Source: Cyanophora paradoxa CCMP329
Lineage: Eukaryota > Plantae > Glaucophyta
Direction of reading: 5' to 3'
Length of the DNA: 64,000 bases
NCBI GenBank assembly: GCA_004431415.1
Contig: QPMI01000534.1
Coordinates: 186,001-250,000 of the forward strand
Positions 22,071-34,700 of this stretch are shown here, one piece after another. Below the pieces are notes generated by a model that saw only the letters and a program-made list of their open reading frames with translations, searched no databases and was not told the DNA's origin. Within the stretch, counting starts at the first letter, position 1; each line of letters begins with the position of its first letter. The position numbers were made by a program, and so were the translations under genes.

Positions 22071-25000
22071 CTATTTACCTGCCGTCGCTGCCGGTGGCTG
22101 GGGATCCTGCGGGGGGGATCCATCGCGATCGAACATGGTGAAGAGCGACGTGCCGCGGACGGCCTTGGCGATGTCCTGCAAGCGCGCCGCAACCAGGTCC
22201 GCCGAGTGCTGCATGGCGGTCGAAGCCAGATCTAGATCTAGAGGTCAGATTATCAGCTCGCGGACCTGGGAGCTGGAGCTCGACTGAGCGAGGGCGCCCT
22301 CGATGCGCTGCAGCGACGCCTGCAGCCCCGACATGTCCGCCGGCTGCCGATTCAAGGCTTATATTCAGTACTAGCTCTTGTTGGCATCTGTCAAAGCAGA
22401 TCGTCGGATCCAAAACCAACCTGAGGAGCGGGGCTTGCAGCTGCAGCCGACTGTAGCTGTGCGAGCGTGCTCTCGAAACACCGCAGAGATGCCTGCAGGG
22501 CCTGCCCCGGCCCAGGCCCCGCCGGCTCTATTAATATTTGCGCTAGAAATTCAAAGCGCATATATAGAAACGCACTGCATTCTGCTCCTCGAGCTTGCAT
22601 ACCTTCTCCTGCATGCTTGCGGCCTCCAGAAGGGTGAACGTGAGCCTCTCTCCCTGTTTCCCAGCCTTCTCTTCGAGAATTGCTGTCTTTTCCATCAGAG
22701 CCTGGCCCAGTGGTGGTATGAGAGATGCGCATGCATAACCGCAACAGTAGCAGTTCTCGTAATAGTACGCACCTGCAAGCTTGAACTTGACTGGACGAGC
22801 GTTCTCTCCATACGATTCATAGACGCTTGCATTGCCTGCCCATGCGCATGGTCAGGGGGGGGGGGAAGGGGCGGGGGGGGGGGAGGGGGAGGGGGGGCGG
22901 GAAGGGGGAGGGGGCCGGGTTGGAAGGGGGTGAGGGAGGGCAGGTCGCAGGTCTGCAGGGACCTGCAAAGTGGACGTTGACTGGGCAAGAGCGCCCTCGA
23001 GACGTGCCACCGATGCCTGCAGGGCCTGGAATAGGAGTTACAATATTAATTTTTATAATCGCGACAGGCCCTGAGGAGCTGAGAACAACTCATGATATAT
23101 CGATCATATGCATGGGCTACGCACTGCGTTTTGCTCTTCGAGCTGAGAGATGCGCAATAGATCTTCTTTCTTTGCATCATTCCCCGAATTCGCTAGCTTC
23201 GCTTCTTTACATGTGGGCAGCGGGCTGAGCGATGAAGCCCCAGGAGCGCCAGCACTGGTACGAATGCGGTGCTCGGCTTGGCGCTGTAGAAGGGCAGCTC
23301 GCTCCGCCGGCAGCAGCATGCAGAAGGGTCCTGTCTTGACGTTCATATCTTCTTTTTTCCTCTCGGGGTCGCACTGATGATTATGATCATGATCGCGAGT
23401 TGATCAGCAGTGAATATGCTGTGCATACATGCACAGATACAGTGGATATCTTTAGACGTAAATTTAAAGTAGCTCACGCGCCTCAGTGTACAACTTCTTC
23501 AGGTGGACATTGCAGCTGCAGCGTTTAGGATCGCGGCAGTTGCAAGACTCAGATCCCTCCACGGCCGACTGCGTTGGTTTATTCGAGATGCAGCGCTTTT
23601 TCTCTATCGAACCGTGGCCAGAAATCGTCGAATCTCCGGGACCTCTGCTGGCTGGAAAATTAGCGCCAGCGATCACAATATTTTACTTGGAGTGCGAGAA
23701 TTGGAAAAATGTGTGTATACGTACGTATACGTGCGCGAATATCTCCATCGTCCAACAGGGCCCAGCCCCTCGAAAAAGCAATCAAAGAACTGAATTCGAT
23801 TTGTCAGTGTTTTGAACTTGACTCAGTGAACGGGAGAGGAATTGATCATGACATGTTATAATTAAGTGGCCGTATACGTATGCATGACCAGACTAACCTC
23901 GGCTCGTGTGCATCCTCCGAAATCAATATGATAAAGGGATTCAAAGTGAGACAAACACTTGATGTTGGAAAACTGTAGAAACACAGCTCAATGTGCGAGG
24001 CAGTGTTGCAATTTGAAGCGCTATATGGCTAGCTATAGCGTACACACCGTAGCAAGGCTGGTGTTGGCGGGAATGTCGAGTATAGTAAAGGATTTTCCAT
24101 AGCTATAAACACCGTATGTACATATACTGGAATTCGAATCGAACGAATTGTCGCTACAGTATCCAGCCTGAAGCTGAACATGGTGAAAGCGTATCCGATT
24201 CATCGCTTGACAAGCATTGAAGTGAACTGCGGCTGCTCATGAATTTCGAATATCATATTATTGATGTCGTAATGTTAAATCAGTAAAAGTTTTAGCGGCC
24301 ATGCATGTGATTGCTTTGTCGATTTTTAATTTTACTACCTACGGGGGGTTCGCCCTTCCGTAGTCTCTCAAAAAAAATGCCCATCCATACACGTGCCCGC
24401 GAGTTAAATTTTGATTAGAAATCAAATGACGGACCCCCCGGAATTGAACTTGTTCGAAAGCTGCAGTGCTCGAGAACGAAGTCCGCATTGGAGCACCTTG
24501 TTACAGAGAGAGAATCAATGATGCACTCCTGGATAGCAATCGATCCCGCTTGGCTCCAGTCGGACAGTTCAATGCATCCTTGAACATCAAAGCCACGGAT
24601 GAGCAGCGCGTGGGAACCACCAACGATATTGATGACAGCCTCTTCACGCTTGTCTGGACCTTGCTGCCGGTCACGCAGCCGCCGATGATACGGATCTTCC
24701 TTTCGGAGAGCCTGCACCACCTGATGCAGCTGCTCTTGCATTTGACGGCTGCGGGCCTCGTTGTCTTTACTCGGCAGCAAAGCCACGCCTGGGCCGTCCG
24801 CGATGATAGCGAGGTCTCCCGAGCAATTCATGCGAAGCGGGCAATCCTCTGCGTAGTTTCCTGCGCATGTATATTATAATTAGCCGGATCGCATGTATAT
24901 ATATGGGGCGCCGGCGCGTGACGCGCGCCGGAGCCGGCGCGGGCCGGGGCCCCCGGCCGGAAGTCATAGCCTATATCTAGCTAGGATCCCGGAGTGCCAG

Positions 25001-25281
25001 CGCGCATGCGCAAGCTTATAATTAAGTGCAATTGCATGCGCAAATTAGAGGGCACCGGGGCGGACGACGACGGTGCCCGTGCCGCCGATCGCCGCGACAG
25101 CCTCACTGATGAGGCGGAAGGTCGAGGGGCCGGTCGCAACCTCCCGAAAGTCAACGAACACGACAGGTTGCGGCCAAGCCGGCAGAGACGCCTCATCCGC
25201 AACTGGGTGGGCGATTGGCGGCAGCTTCGTCAGCGGCGTCTTCCACGTTGGCTCGAGCTCGTCCGCGGCAGGATCGCTCAT
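22071..25281 (-). CDS. Low-GC multi-exon hypothetical protein: beta-helix-like N-terminus, Cys cluster, repeated coiled-coil exons
   Basis: FRLISEAVAAIGGTGTVVVRPG|NYAE splices in frame and resembles the cap of right-handed beta-helix proteins. CNCRDPKRCSC..H cluster. Four similar exons xLQAS..R.E..L.Q. Middle exons unresolved, so this could be two genes. Confidence 0.5.
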
Positions 25282-25548
25282 GTTCGCATGCACAGCGCTC
25301 ATGTTCCCCCGGGCCCCGCACACTACGGCTCAAGTAGCGGTTAGGCCGCGCTCTTCGTGCCTGACTAAGATGCAGAAACGTGACCGATCGCGCGATCGGC
25401 CAGCAAGAGTAGCTGGATGCGGCAGCCGGCAGTTATCGTATCGTGAATTCGAATAACGTGTACCCCCTCGGCTGCAGCAGTCTGCCCGGCCAGCAGTCTG
25501 CCGGCATGCGCAGTCGCCGGCAGACTCGCCGGCAATTTGCCCCTGGCC

Positions 25549-27978
25549 ATGGGCCCGCGCGCGGCCGCGGGCCTGCGGGCGACAGCTCAATTCGAACGTT
25601 CTCGCTGCGCAGCTCAATTCGACAGCTGCATAACTTCAAGGGGAATCGTTTCAGCGCTGCAATCGAGCTCCAGCAGCTTCGCCGCCCCCCTCCGCGCGCC
25701 GCGTCGAAGCTCGGAACTGCTGCGGCTCGCTGTGAGCTTAAAGCGGTTACGCTGCGTCTGGCCTTTCGCAGGCCCAACGCCCCCGAGCCCGCCCGACGCG
25801 CCCCCGGGCGCCAGGGAGGAGCGGCCGGGCGGGGACGTCGACACCCCCGCCTCGCAGGCCGCGGGGCCCCGCGTGCCGCCGCTGAACGCGGGGGCCCTCG
25901 CCGCCGCTGCCGACGCCGCCCGAAGCGAGGCCGAGGAGATGCAGAAGGTCCGCGGGCGCCGTCCTATCCTCTCAAGCCCCTGGCTAACGCGCCCTCCCCT
26001 GCCAAGGACGCGGGCGGGAAGGCTGCAGCGGCGGCGTCGGAGCGGCTGAGCTTCCGGGCCGGGGACGCGAACCGGCGGGCCGACTTCGGCTCGCCGGAGT
26101 GCCCGCGGCGCATCTCCATCATCCGCCGCCTCGACCGGTGCCTCCCCTCCCCCTCCCTCTCGATTCTTCTAATCTTCGTACCCCGCGCCCCTTCCGCAGG
26201 CGCCCGATGAAGTTCACGGACCTCGTGGACCAGGTACCCCTACCCCCGCCCTTCTTTCCCCCGCCCTCACCCCCCCCTCCTCCTCCCGCCCCCCCCCCCC
26301 CCCCCCCCCCCCCAAGGTGCTGGTGCTGTACTGCGACTTCGCGGGGGGCATGGGCCTCGCGGGGCGCCTCTCCCCCATGGCCCTCGTCGCCCTCCTCGAC
26401 CGGGTGCCCTCAGCTGAGATCAGATCTCCAGAGCTCCGCTCAGATCCATCTGAGGCGCCCGCTCGGCGCAGGTGTACGCGGCGATCGCGGGGCGGCTCGA
26501 GTCCCTCCGCCTCCGCAAGGCCCGCCCCCTCCCGCCCCCCCCCCCCCCTTCTCCTCCGCTGAGGGGCGGGGGGCAGGTGGAGCTCGTCTCCGACGCCCTC
26601 CTCCTCGTCTCCGGTGCCCCCGCCCCGCCCCCGCCCCCGCCCCGCCCCACCCGCACGAGAGCCCTAGGATCCGCCTCTGCTCTTAGAGCGGCGCCGCTGC
26701 AGCTTAGAAGCGCAGCGCTCCCTCTCGGGCCGCCCCTTCTGACGCCCCCTCTGCAGGCCTGGGCGCCGGGGCCGCCGCCCCCATCGACCCCGTCGCCATC
26801 GGCGACGCCGCCTCGAGATCACCGTACCCCCCCCGCTCCCCCCCCCCCGTAAAGCGCGGGGCCCTGAGCCCGCCGCAGAGGCCGTGCAGGAGCTGCCCTT
26901 CGGGCCCCCGTCGGGCCCGACGGCTCCGAGGAGCCCATCCAGGTACCCCCCCCCCGCCCGCAGGAATCTGCCGGGCACCGAGAGCTCAATCCCCGTACTC
27001 CCCTCAGATGCGGGCGTGCGTGCACGCCGGCTCCTGCATCGCGGCCCGGCAGGTCTTCGGCAACACGTGGCTCTTCTACGGTGATTCCCGTACCCCGTCC
27101 ATCTCCCGTACCCTGACCTTCTCCCCCTCCTCTCCGAAAAAAGACCTCTGGGGCAACGTGGTGTTCGACGTTCAGAAGCAGTGCGATTCGATGGTGCGCG
27201 CTTCGATTGAATCTCTTTGATTCAGTTTCGTTCGATTGAGTCCGGCGCTCTTTTCCAGTGCCCCCCGAACCGGGCGATGGTGACGCGGGAGGCGGCCCCG
27301 TTGCTGTCCCCCTACTTCCTCCTGGAGGGCGGGGGGGAGGGCGAGCCGGGGGTACCGACCCTCATCTTGGAGCGGAGCATGCGGCACCCCGCGCGGGAGA
27401 ACGCGGGGCCCCCGCCGTCCCGCTCGGACCCCGCGGCCGCCGGAGGCCTCGCCTCTTCCCCCGCCTCCCGCCCGACCTCGCCGGGCGCCGAGGGAGGTAC
27501 GGAGTCGAGGGGCGAGTCGCTGCTGCACGCGGCGCGGCTCGTGGGGCAGCGGAGGGGCACGGTGGGCCCGGCGGTGCCCCTCGTGGGGGCCGGGGCCCGC
27601 CACGCCTCGCGGGACGTGGGGAGGCGCACGTCCGCCATCCTCCTCCCAGAGCCGCCCCCGCCCCGCACCACCTTCACGCCCGTGCCGCCCCCGCCCCCGC
27701 CCCCGCCCCCGCACCCTCGAGCTCCCCCCCCGCCCCCCCCGTGCCCCGCTCCCGCCGGCCTCGGCCCACGGCCACGAGCGCGAGCCGAGGAGGGCGGCCT
27801 CCGGATCCGGTCCAGCGTCGCGCCCCACGGGGCGGGCCCGGGCCCCCGGCACGTGCACGGCCCCCGCAGCGTCCGCATGACCGGCACCGTCGCGCCGGGC
27901 GGGGGCGGCGGGGCGCACGCGCCGGCGGCCCCCGCGTCGGCCCCGGGGCCCTTCCGGCGGGCCTCCATGCTCTCGTAG
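25549..27978 (+). CDS. Partial duplicate of the cyclase-like 3' half of 16017-21758, lacking CNBDs (gene or pseudogene)
   Basis: ~25813-28030 aligns with ~19602-21793, introns included. An upstream in-frame ATG lies at 25549. Several 1-nt homopolymer indels relative to copy 1. Confidence 0.6.
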
Positions 27979-28621
27979 GCCTAGGAGTGCCCGTCTGGGC
28001 CTCGAGCTCTGTCCTTAGCAGCGAAAATGCGCACCGATCATCCCTGTCTAGATCTTAGCGCGCCGCGGCGTAGCGGCGCGGCGCATGTGCACGTGCAGCG
28101 ATGATGTGCTGCTGGCATCCTGCTGCAGGCTCCGGGCTGCAGCCTGCAGCTGCTCCTAATCATGATCAGCAGGAAGCGGGAAGGCTGGCCTGGGGCTGCA
28201 CGTGCACTGGGGCTGCACTGGGGCAGCGGGCTTATAATGAAGGCGGGTTGTTGTTAGCAACGCATGAATCGCGGCATGATTGTGGCATCATTGTGCTGAA
28301 TCAGTACAGCATCATTGTTGAGTGTCCTCAATCAAAAGCGCGCGTACCCCGTGATTCGCCCCCCGGGGGTCGGAGGTGCCTTGCTGATTTGGCAGTTCCG
28401 AACGCAGCCGCGTATCAAGCGTCAGCCGCCCCAGCACAGCAACGACAGACGCGGCACGTCTCCGAGCACGCCATATCTGTCACACCAACGAGCATACATC
28501 GCACGATCCACGAGCAGATCGCTTGCCAGCTAGGCCGGACCGGAGCGCACCAAGCATTTCCCTTATCATCGCACTATCCGTTGCGGGAACTTGTCGGAAG
28601 CAGACCAGCTAGCTTTAAACA

Positions 28622-30568
28622 ATGCAGAAGCGTAGTCAGCAGCTACAGCGCGATGAGTGGAGCGAGGAGGAGATGGAAGAGGACGTTGGGGAAGCCGAGC
28701 CCTGGGCGGCGCGCGTGGACCGCGAGGGCTTCGTGTACTTCTGGAACTGCCACGGTGACCAGGTATATCACTCATACGCTGCCGCCCCCGCCGCCCCAGC
28801 CCGGCCGGGATCGTGAAACGTCGCGCAGCAGCGCGATCCCCGAATCCGCGTGGCGGCCTCGCTCCTTCGCATCCTTGGCCGCCAGAAGTCGATCCTAGAG
28901 CTGCTCCTCTCCCAAGAAGGCAAGGCGATTCGGTCCTGGTCGCCGACCGTCAGCCGCCGCGGACAGCTCTTCTCGTGCCTTCCCGCGTGCTGGGTCCGAG
29001 ACGGTCCGTGGCGGCCTAGGCCTCCACTAGTGCCGCTCCGCTTTACGTGCCCGGCTGATTGCTCGAGGCAGGGCCGAGCCCGAGCTGCGATTCGGGGCGC
29101 ACAAGCCCGGAGCTGAGCGAGCGGCAAGATCGGCGGGAGGGCGTGCCGAGCGTCATCAGCAGCGACATCATTCAGCGCCTGGAGCTCGAGCAACGGGCCG
29201 AGATCAAGCAGGTGCAGAAATTGATCCGGCGCGGTCGCGGCCTCGGAATTCGAATCCTGAGAATTGATCCGCTGCGCGCGTACGCGTCCCGCGAGCAGGC
29301 GGCGCACGAGGCGGGCTCGCTCGCTGGGCCCAGCGCGATGGACCCGTTCGCCGCTGGGATGCAGGTCGTCATCGACCGGCTCCTCAAGATCCGAACGCGG
29401 GCCGCCGGCGACCGCAGTGCGCGGCCGCGCCTCCGCCCCAGACCCGCCTCCGCCCGCCGCTGATTCGATCCCCGAGCAGGCGTCGCGCGCTCGCTGGCGT
29501 CGGTGAAGCCCGAGCCGGTCGCGCTGCGGAGCCTGCTGGAGGAGACGGAGGCGCTGGTGGCTTCTTTGAACGACGAGGTCGCCGCCCAGGGCCGCCGGTG
29601 CGCGGGCCGATCAATTTGATCCGGCTCGGTTCGGAGATTTGATCCGGGCGGGCAGGTGGTTCTGCGACTCGGAGGCGGGCACGCCGGCTTCGTCGCGCGC
29701 CTCGAGCGTCGTGCCGGCCATGGACCTCGCCGAGGAAGCGGAGGAGTACGAGGACGACGCGGCGTCGGCGCTGGCGGGCCTGCGCGTCTGCTCGCGCGAG
29801 TCGCTGGCCCCGCCGACGGCGGCCGGGGTCGGCCCGTCGTACGCCTTCGACATCGGGTCGGCGATGTCGCACACGCCGCCGCCGCCGCCCTCGCCCCGCC
29901 GCACCTCGCTGCCCACCTGGCTCGCCGCCACCCGCTCCGCCCCCGCCTGCAACCTCGACCTCCGCCGCTGCTCCCTCCCCACCCACGCCCTCCGCGGCCC
30001 CGCCGACGCCGCCGCCACGCCGGCCGTGACGACGACCGCGAGCGACTCGGACTCTGAGGACGAGGAGATCGCCGCCATCAGCCTGGGCCTGGCCGCCGAG
30101 GGCAGCGCCCTCGCCGCCCGTGCCGCCGAGGCCGCCCTCAGCCGCACCCCGGTGCGTGCGGCGGTCTCCTGCTCGAATTCCTTCGCAGCTCACGCCCTTT
30201 CGGCGCAGCGGCTCGTGATCACGTCCGCCGAGGAGATCGACGCGGGGCGCGCCCACGCGGCGGCGGCGGCCCGCCCCTCTTCCGACCTGTGCGCCCTTCT
30301 CTTCTCTTCTCCGCGCCCGCCCGCCCTCGCCTCGCTTCTTCGGCTGACCGGAGGGCCGGCGCGCAGGCGCGTCTCGCCCCTGAACTCGAGCACTCGGAGC
30401 CCCAAGGCCAGGCCCGCGGACGACGAGGAGGAGGAGCTGAGCGCGGACGAGCGCGCGGCGCTCGCGTGGATCGACCGCCGCCTCGGCGAGGGGCGCGGCT
30501 CCCGCCCCTCCTCCTCGGCCGGCGCCGAGCTCGCCCCGGCCCCGGCCGCCGCCGTCGAGACGGCGTGA
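28622..30568 (+). CDS. Hypothetical protein with WW-like domain and low-complexity tail
   Basis: PWAARVDREGFVYFWNCHG resembles a WW domain (second Trp not seen). Downstream exons carry RRTSLP and RRCSLP and acidic patches. Confidence 0.5.
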
Positions 30569-31318
30569 TCGCGTGGGGCCTCTCCCGTGATCCAATCCTT
30601 TCATCCTCCACACTCCCTCTCCACAGCAATCCTTCCATCCTGATCCCCTGTCTCCCGTCCCCATCCGTCCTTCCATCCACCCTCCCCCTCTCCCGACATC
30701 TCATTATTTATTTATACAGCTACGGTCTTTCTTCCCACTTCACGTATATGTGAAGCCCCGCCCCCTCTCACTTTCTACAGCTACGTATACATACGGTTAT
30801 GCAGCACGGCAGCGCGACATTTACGCAGCGCGAGCGACGCGCGTACGCGCCCTGTGCAGCAAGTGTTAAAATGTTTTATACGAGTACGAGTCCGCCTCGC
30901 ATAGTTTCGGCAGTGGAAATACCTGATATCGATATACCTGATACCGCGATCGGCAGCGGCCCCTGGCCTGTGAGTAGACTCTAGTTTCGATAACGCAGCT
31001 GCTGTTGTCGCAGTATGATGAAGTGTGCATTGCATGATCAGTATACGTACCAGTGTCGGTAGAATCGCCAAGTTGTATTTATTGTTGCCTCGTTGAATAA
31101 CAAATACCGCACTACCGCAGTGTCCTCATGACCAACTTGCAAGCTTCAAGGCTTAAGGCGCATTGCAAATATATATATACTAACTAGTCACTGAGTACTT
31201 AAAAGCTTAGTAATCCATCCGAGAGAGAACCATTGCATGAATCATTAAATGCCATGATGATTCATCATATAGTATCTTGATTCTTATGTCTCATGATCAG
31301 TTCAAGACTCTGAGATCA

Positions 31319-31672
31319 CTAGTTTCCCAGCAGGGCGTCGCAGAGGCTCTCGAGCTCAAGTGCAGAGGCTGCGGCCGCCTCGCCCCCGCCGGGGCCCGAA
31401 GAAGAAGCAGGGGCCGCGGGCCCCGCCCCCGCCCCCGCCGGCGCCGGCGCCCGAGGCGCCAGCGGGGGCCGGTAGGGCGCCGGCGCCCGCGTGGGGAAGC
31501 CCGGGGCCGGGAAGGTCCGGGAGGAGGCGCTGGATCCGGGCCGGGGGCGTGGAAGCCAGGCGGCGGGCAGCCGGGCCCGAAGGGCGGCGCCGGGGCGCCG
31601 CCGCCTGCGGGGCTGACCGTGGGCCCAGTGGGATGGGCGGCCGCGGCGCCCGGCGGCGGCCACTGCAAAGGA

Positions 31673-31706
<34 letters not shown>

Positions 31707-34700
31707 GCGGCGGAGCGGCCCCATCGGTGGCGCACCGGCCGCGGCGCCGGGCCACCGCGCGCCTGGCGAGGCCGGAGGGGTACGAAGAAGCCGGGGGGAT
31801 GCCGGAGGCGGGCCCGGCCACGGGGGTACGGGCTCCCGACTCCCGGGGGTAGTAGGCGTCGCAGGCCGGGGGGTAGAAGGCGCTGGGGTGGAAGGGGGGC
31901 GGCGCCGGGTGGTGCGGGGAGGACCAGGCGGCGCCGGGTGCGTGCCGCGGGGGCCCCGGGCTCGAGGCAGCAGGACATGCGCCCCCTCTCCTCCGCTCCT
32001 GCGCGGGACAGGAGGAGGAGGGCCCAGCTTGGCGGATCGCGGAGGGGAAGCTCAAGGTGAGGGCGCGCTCTTCCTCCGGGCGGGCCCGCTGCTGCGGCCC
32101 GTCCCCGGCGCCGTCGCCGGCGCCGGCCGGCCGCGGATCTTCGACGCCCGATCTCGAGGCGCCCGGGTCCGCGGCAGCGACGGCGGGCTCGGCGGCGCGG
32201 TCTTCCGAGGGCCCTTGGGCGGCGGTCTCGGCGTGGCCGTCACCGCGGCTCGGGGCGTCCAGAACCGGGCGCGGGCCCGGGGCCGGGCCCGAGGAGGCGG
32301 CGGCGAGCTCGGCGCCGGAGGAGAGCGCGAAGTCGAAGATGGACATCTTTGCCCCCCTCGCCCGCCGCGTCTTCGCCCTCGCTTCGGCAGTGGAGGAAGG
32401 CTCGGGGTCCTGCGGGGCCGGCGCCGGCGGCGGCGCCGGCGGGCGGCCGGCGGGGCGGACGGCCCCAGAACCACCGCCGCGAAGGGGGAGGAGGCGGCGG
32501 CCTCCGCGGCGGAGGCGGCGGGGGCGGCCCCCCGGAAGCGGACGAGGGCGCGGGCGCCGCCCGCGGGGTCCCACAGCACCTCCTCCACGTCCTCCTAGAA
32601 GCAGATCGATAAAATCAGCTAGAGGAAGCTAGAAATCAAAGAAAGAAAGAGGAAGGTAGAGGACCTCGCGGGCGGAGAGGGCGGCGAGGAGGGCGTCCTG
32701 CTGGGAGCGGAGGGCGGGGGGGAGGCGCGAGGCGAGGAGGGTACGGTCGCACGCCGCCCCCGCCGCCAGCGCCTCCTGCGGCGCGGGGAGTGGTTGGCCC
32801 TCGGCCTCGGAACGCTCCGGCCGGCTTGAAACAGAGGGGTACGGGGCACTGACCTCCCAGCGGGCGCGGTCGGGCGGGGTGGGGAGGCTCGAGCCGGGAG
32901 ATCCAGAGGCCGGAGGCTCCGAGGGCGGCGTGGGCGGCTTGGGCGGCTTGGGGACCGCGGCCGGGGCCGGGGCCGGCGCGGGCGCCTCTGCCCGGCCCCC
33001 GCGCTTCGGAGGGGGCGCCGGCGCCGGGCCGCCGCCCCGGGCGCGGAGGGTCTTCAGGGCCGCCTCACAGCGCCGCCGCGCCTCCTGCCGCCCCGGCCGC
33101 CGCCGCCCCGGTCAGCCTCGAAGAGGGGAGGAACGTTCCTCCCCGTTCGCCTTCCCGTTCACCTGATCGCCCGTGACGAGGGCCTCGGCCAGCGCCTCGT
33201 CGAGGGCCTCCTCGGCCCCGGGGGCGCCCCGCCCCGCCGCCGCCGCCGCCTCCTCCGCCCGCCGGCGCGCCGCGGCCAGGACCTCATCCAGCCGCTGCGC
33301 CGAAAGTGAACTCGCGCCCGTCTCGAGGGGGGGCGCCGCACCCGCCGCGCGCTGGCGATGGCCTCGCTGCGCCGCGGGGCGGCCGCAGCGCCTCGGCGGC
33401 CCGCAGCGCGGCTGCGAGCGCCGGCGCCGCGGCCGCCTCCCGCAGGGCCCGCTCGGCATCCTCCCACCGCTCCGCCGCCACCAGGCGGCCCCGCAGCGCC
33501 GCGGCCCGGGCTGCGAAGCCGCATGCCTTCGCCGGCTCAGGCGGGGCATGCCTTTTCGTGTGGAAAGGATGGGGCGCGGGAAGGCACCTCTAGCGCGGCG
33601 CAGGCGGCAGCGGCAGGCCCCGCGGCGGCGGCGGCGGCGGCGGCGGGCCCGCGCTCGCACGCCGCCAGCGCCGCCTCCGCGGCGCGCTCCAAAGTGTCCT
33701 GCGGAAAATCGGAGTTCAAACGTGGAGACTGGGCGGGGCGGGTCGAGGCGAGCGGCGCGGCGCCGGCGCGCACCGCGTCGCGAAGCCTTGCGAGCTTTCG
33801 GCCGGCCTCGACGGCCGCCGGGTCGCGCGCCGGGACGCCCCGCAGCGCCAGCGCCAGCCGCGCCGCCGCCTCGCCCGGCCCGGCGGCCCCGCCGGCGGCC
33901 GCCTCGGCCGCCCTGAGCGCCTCCAGCGCCCGCGCCCTCTCCTTCGCCCCCGCCAGGACCCGCTCGGCGCTCCGGGCCGCCTCGGAGGCGCCCAGGCCGA
34001 GCCGCCGGGCCGCCCGGAGCGCATCCTCGAGCGCTGCCTGCAAAACAGCACCGCCTGTTAGACTGGGAGAAGTTTGAGAGAGGGGCGAAGGCCGAGCCTG
34101 GTCGGGGCGCGGGCGGCGGCGGCCTGGAGGAGGGCGGCCTCAGCGGCGGAGGCGGCGGCGGCCTCGGCGGCCGCCCGCGCGGACTGCAGCGCGGCGGCCT
34201 CGCCCTCTGCGACGACGACGGCGGCGGCGGCGCCCCGTCAGCGCGCGCGCAGCAGCGGCGCCCGCGGGCGAGCGGGAAAGCGGGCGGCGCGCCCGGGAGG
34301 CCGGCGGCCCGCGCGGTGGAGGCGATGCGATCGAAGGCCGCCCGGTCGAACGCGGAGACGTCCCCGGCGGCCTGCGAGCGAGGGGCGGGCCGACCCAGAT
34401 CCGAGTGAGGAGGCTAGATGAAGGCTGAGCAAAGCCAGGCAAGACTAGGCCAGGCGAGGCCAGGCCATGCTAGGCGAGGCTAGGCGAGGCGAGGCTAGAC
34501 GAGGCTAGGCCAGGCGATGCTAGGCGAGGCTAGGCCAGGCGATGCTAGGCGAGGCTAGGCCAGGCGAGGCTAGGCGAGGCTAGGCCAGGCGAGGCTAGGC
34601 GAGGCTAGGCCAGGCGAGGCTAGGCGAGGCTAGGCCAGGCGAGGCTAGGGGAGGCTTGAATTCGCTCAGCGCACCCGCGCGAGCTCGCCGGCGAGGCGTC

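Noticed and set aside
34435-34655. CRISPR array or telomeric repeat
   Set aside because: No unique spacers and no cas genes. The units are variable pentamers at an internal position, not a uniform telomere repeat.
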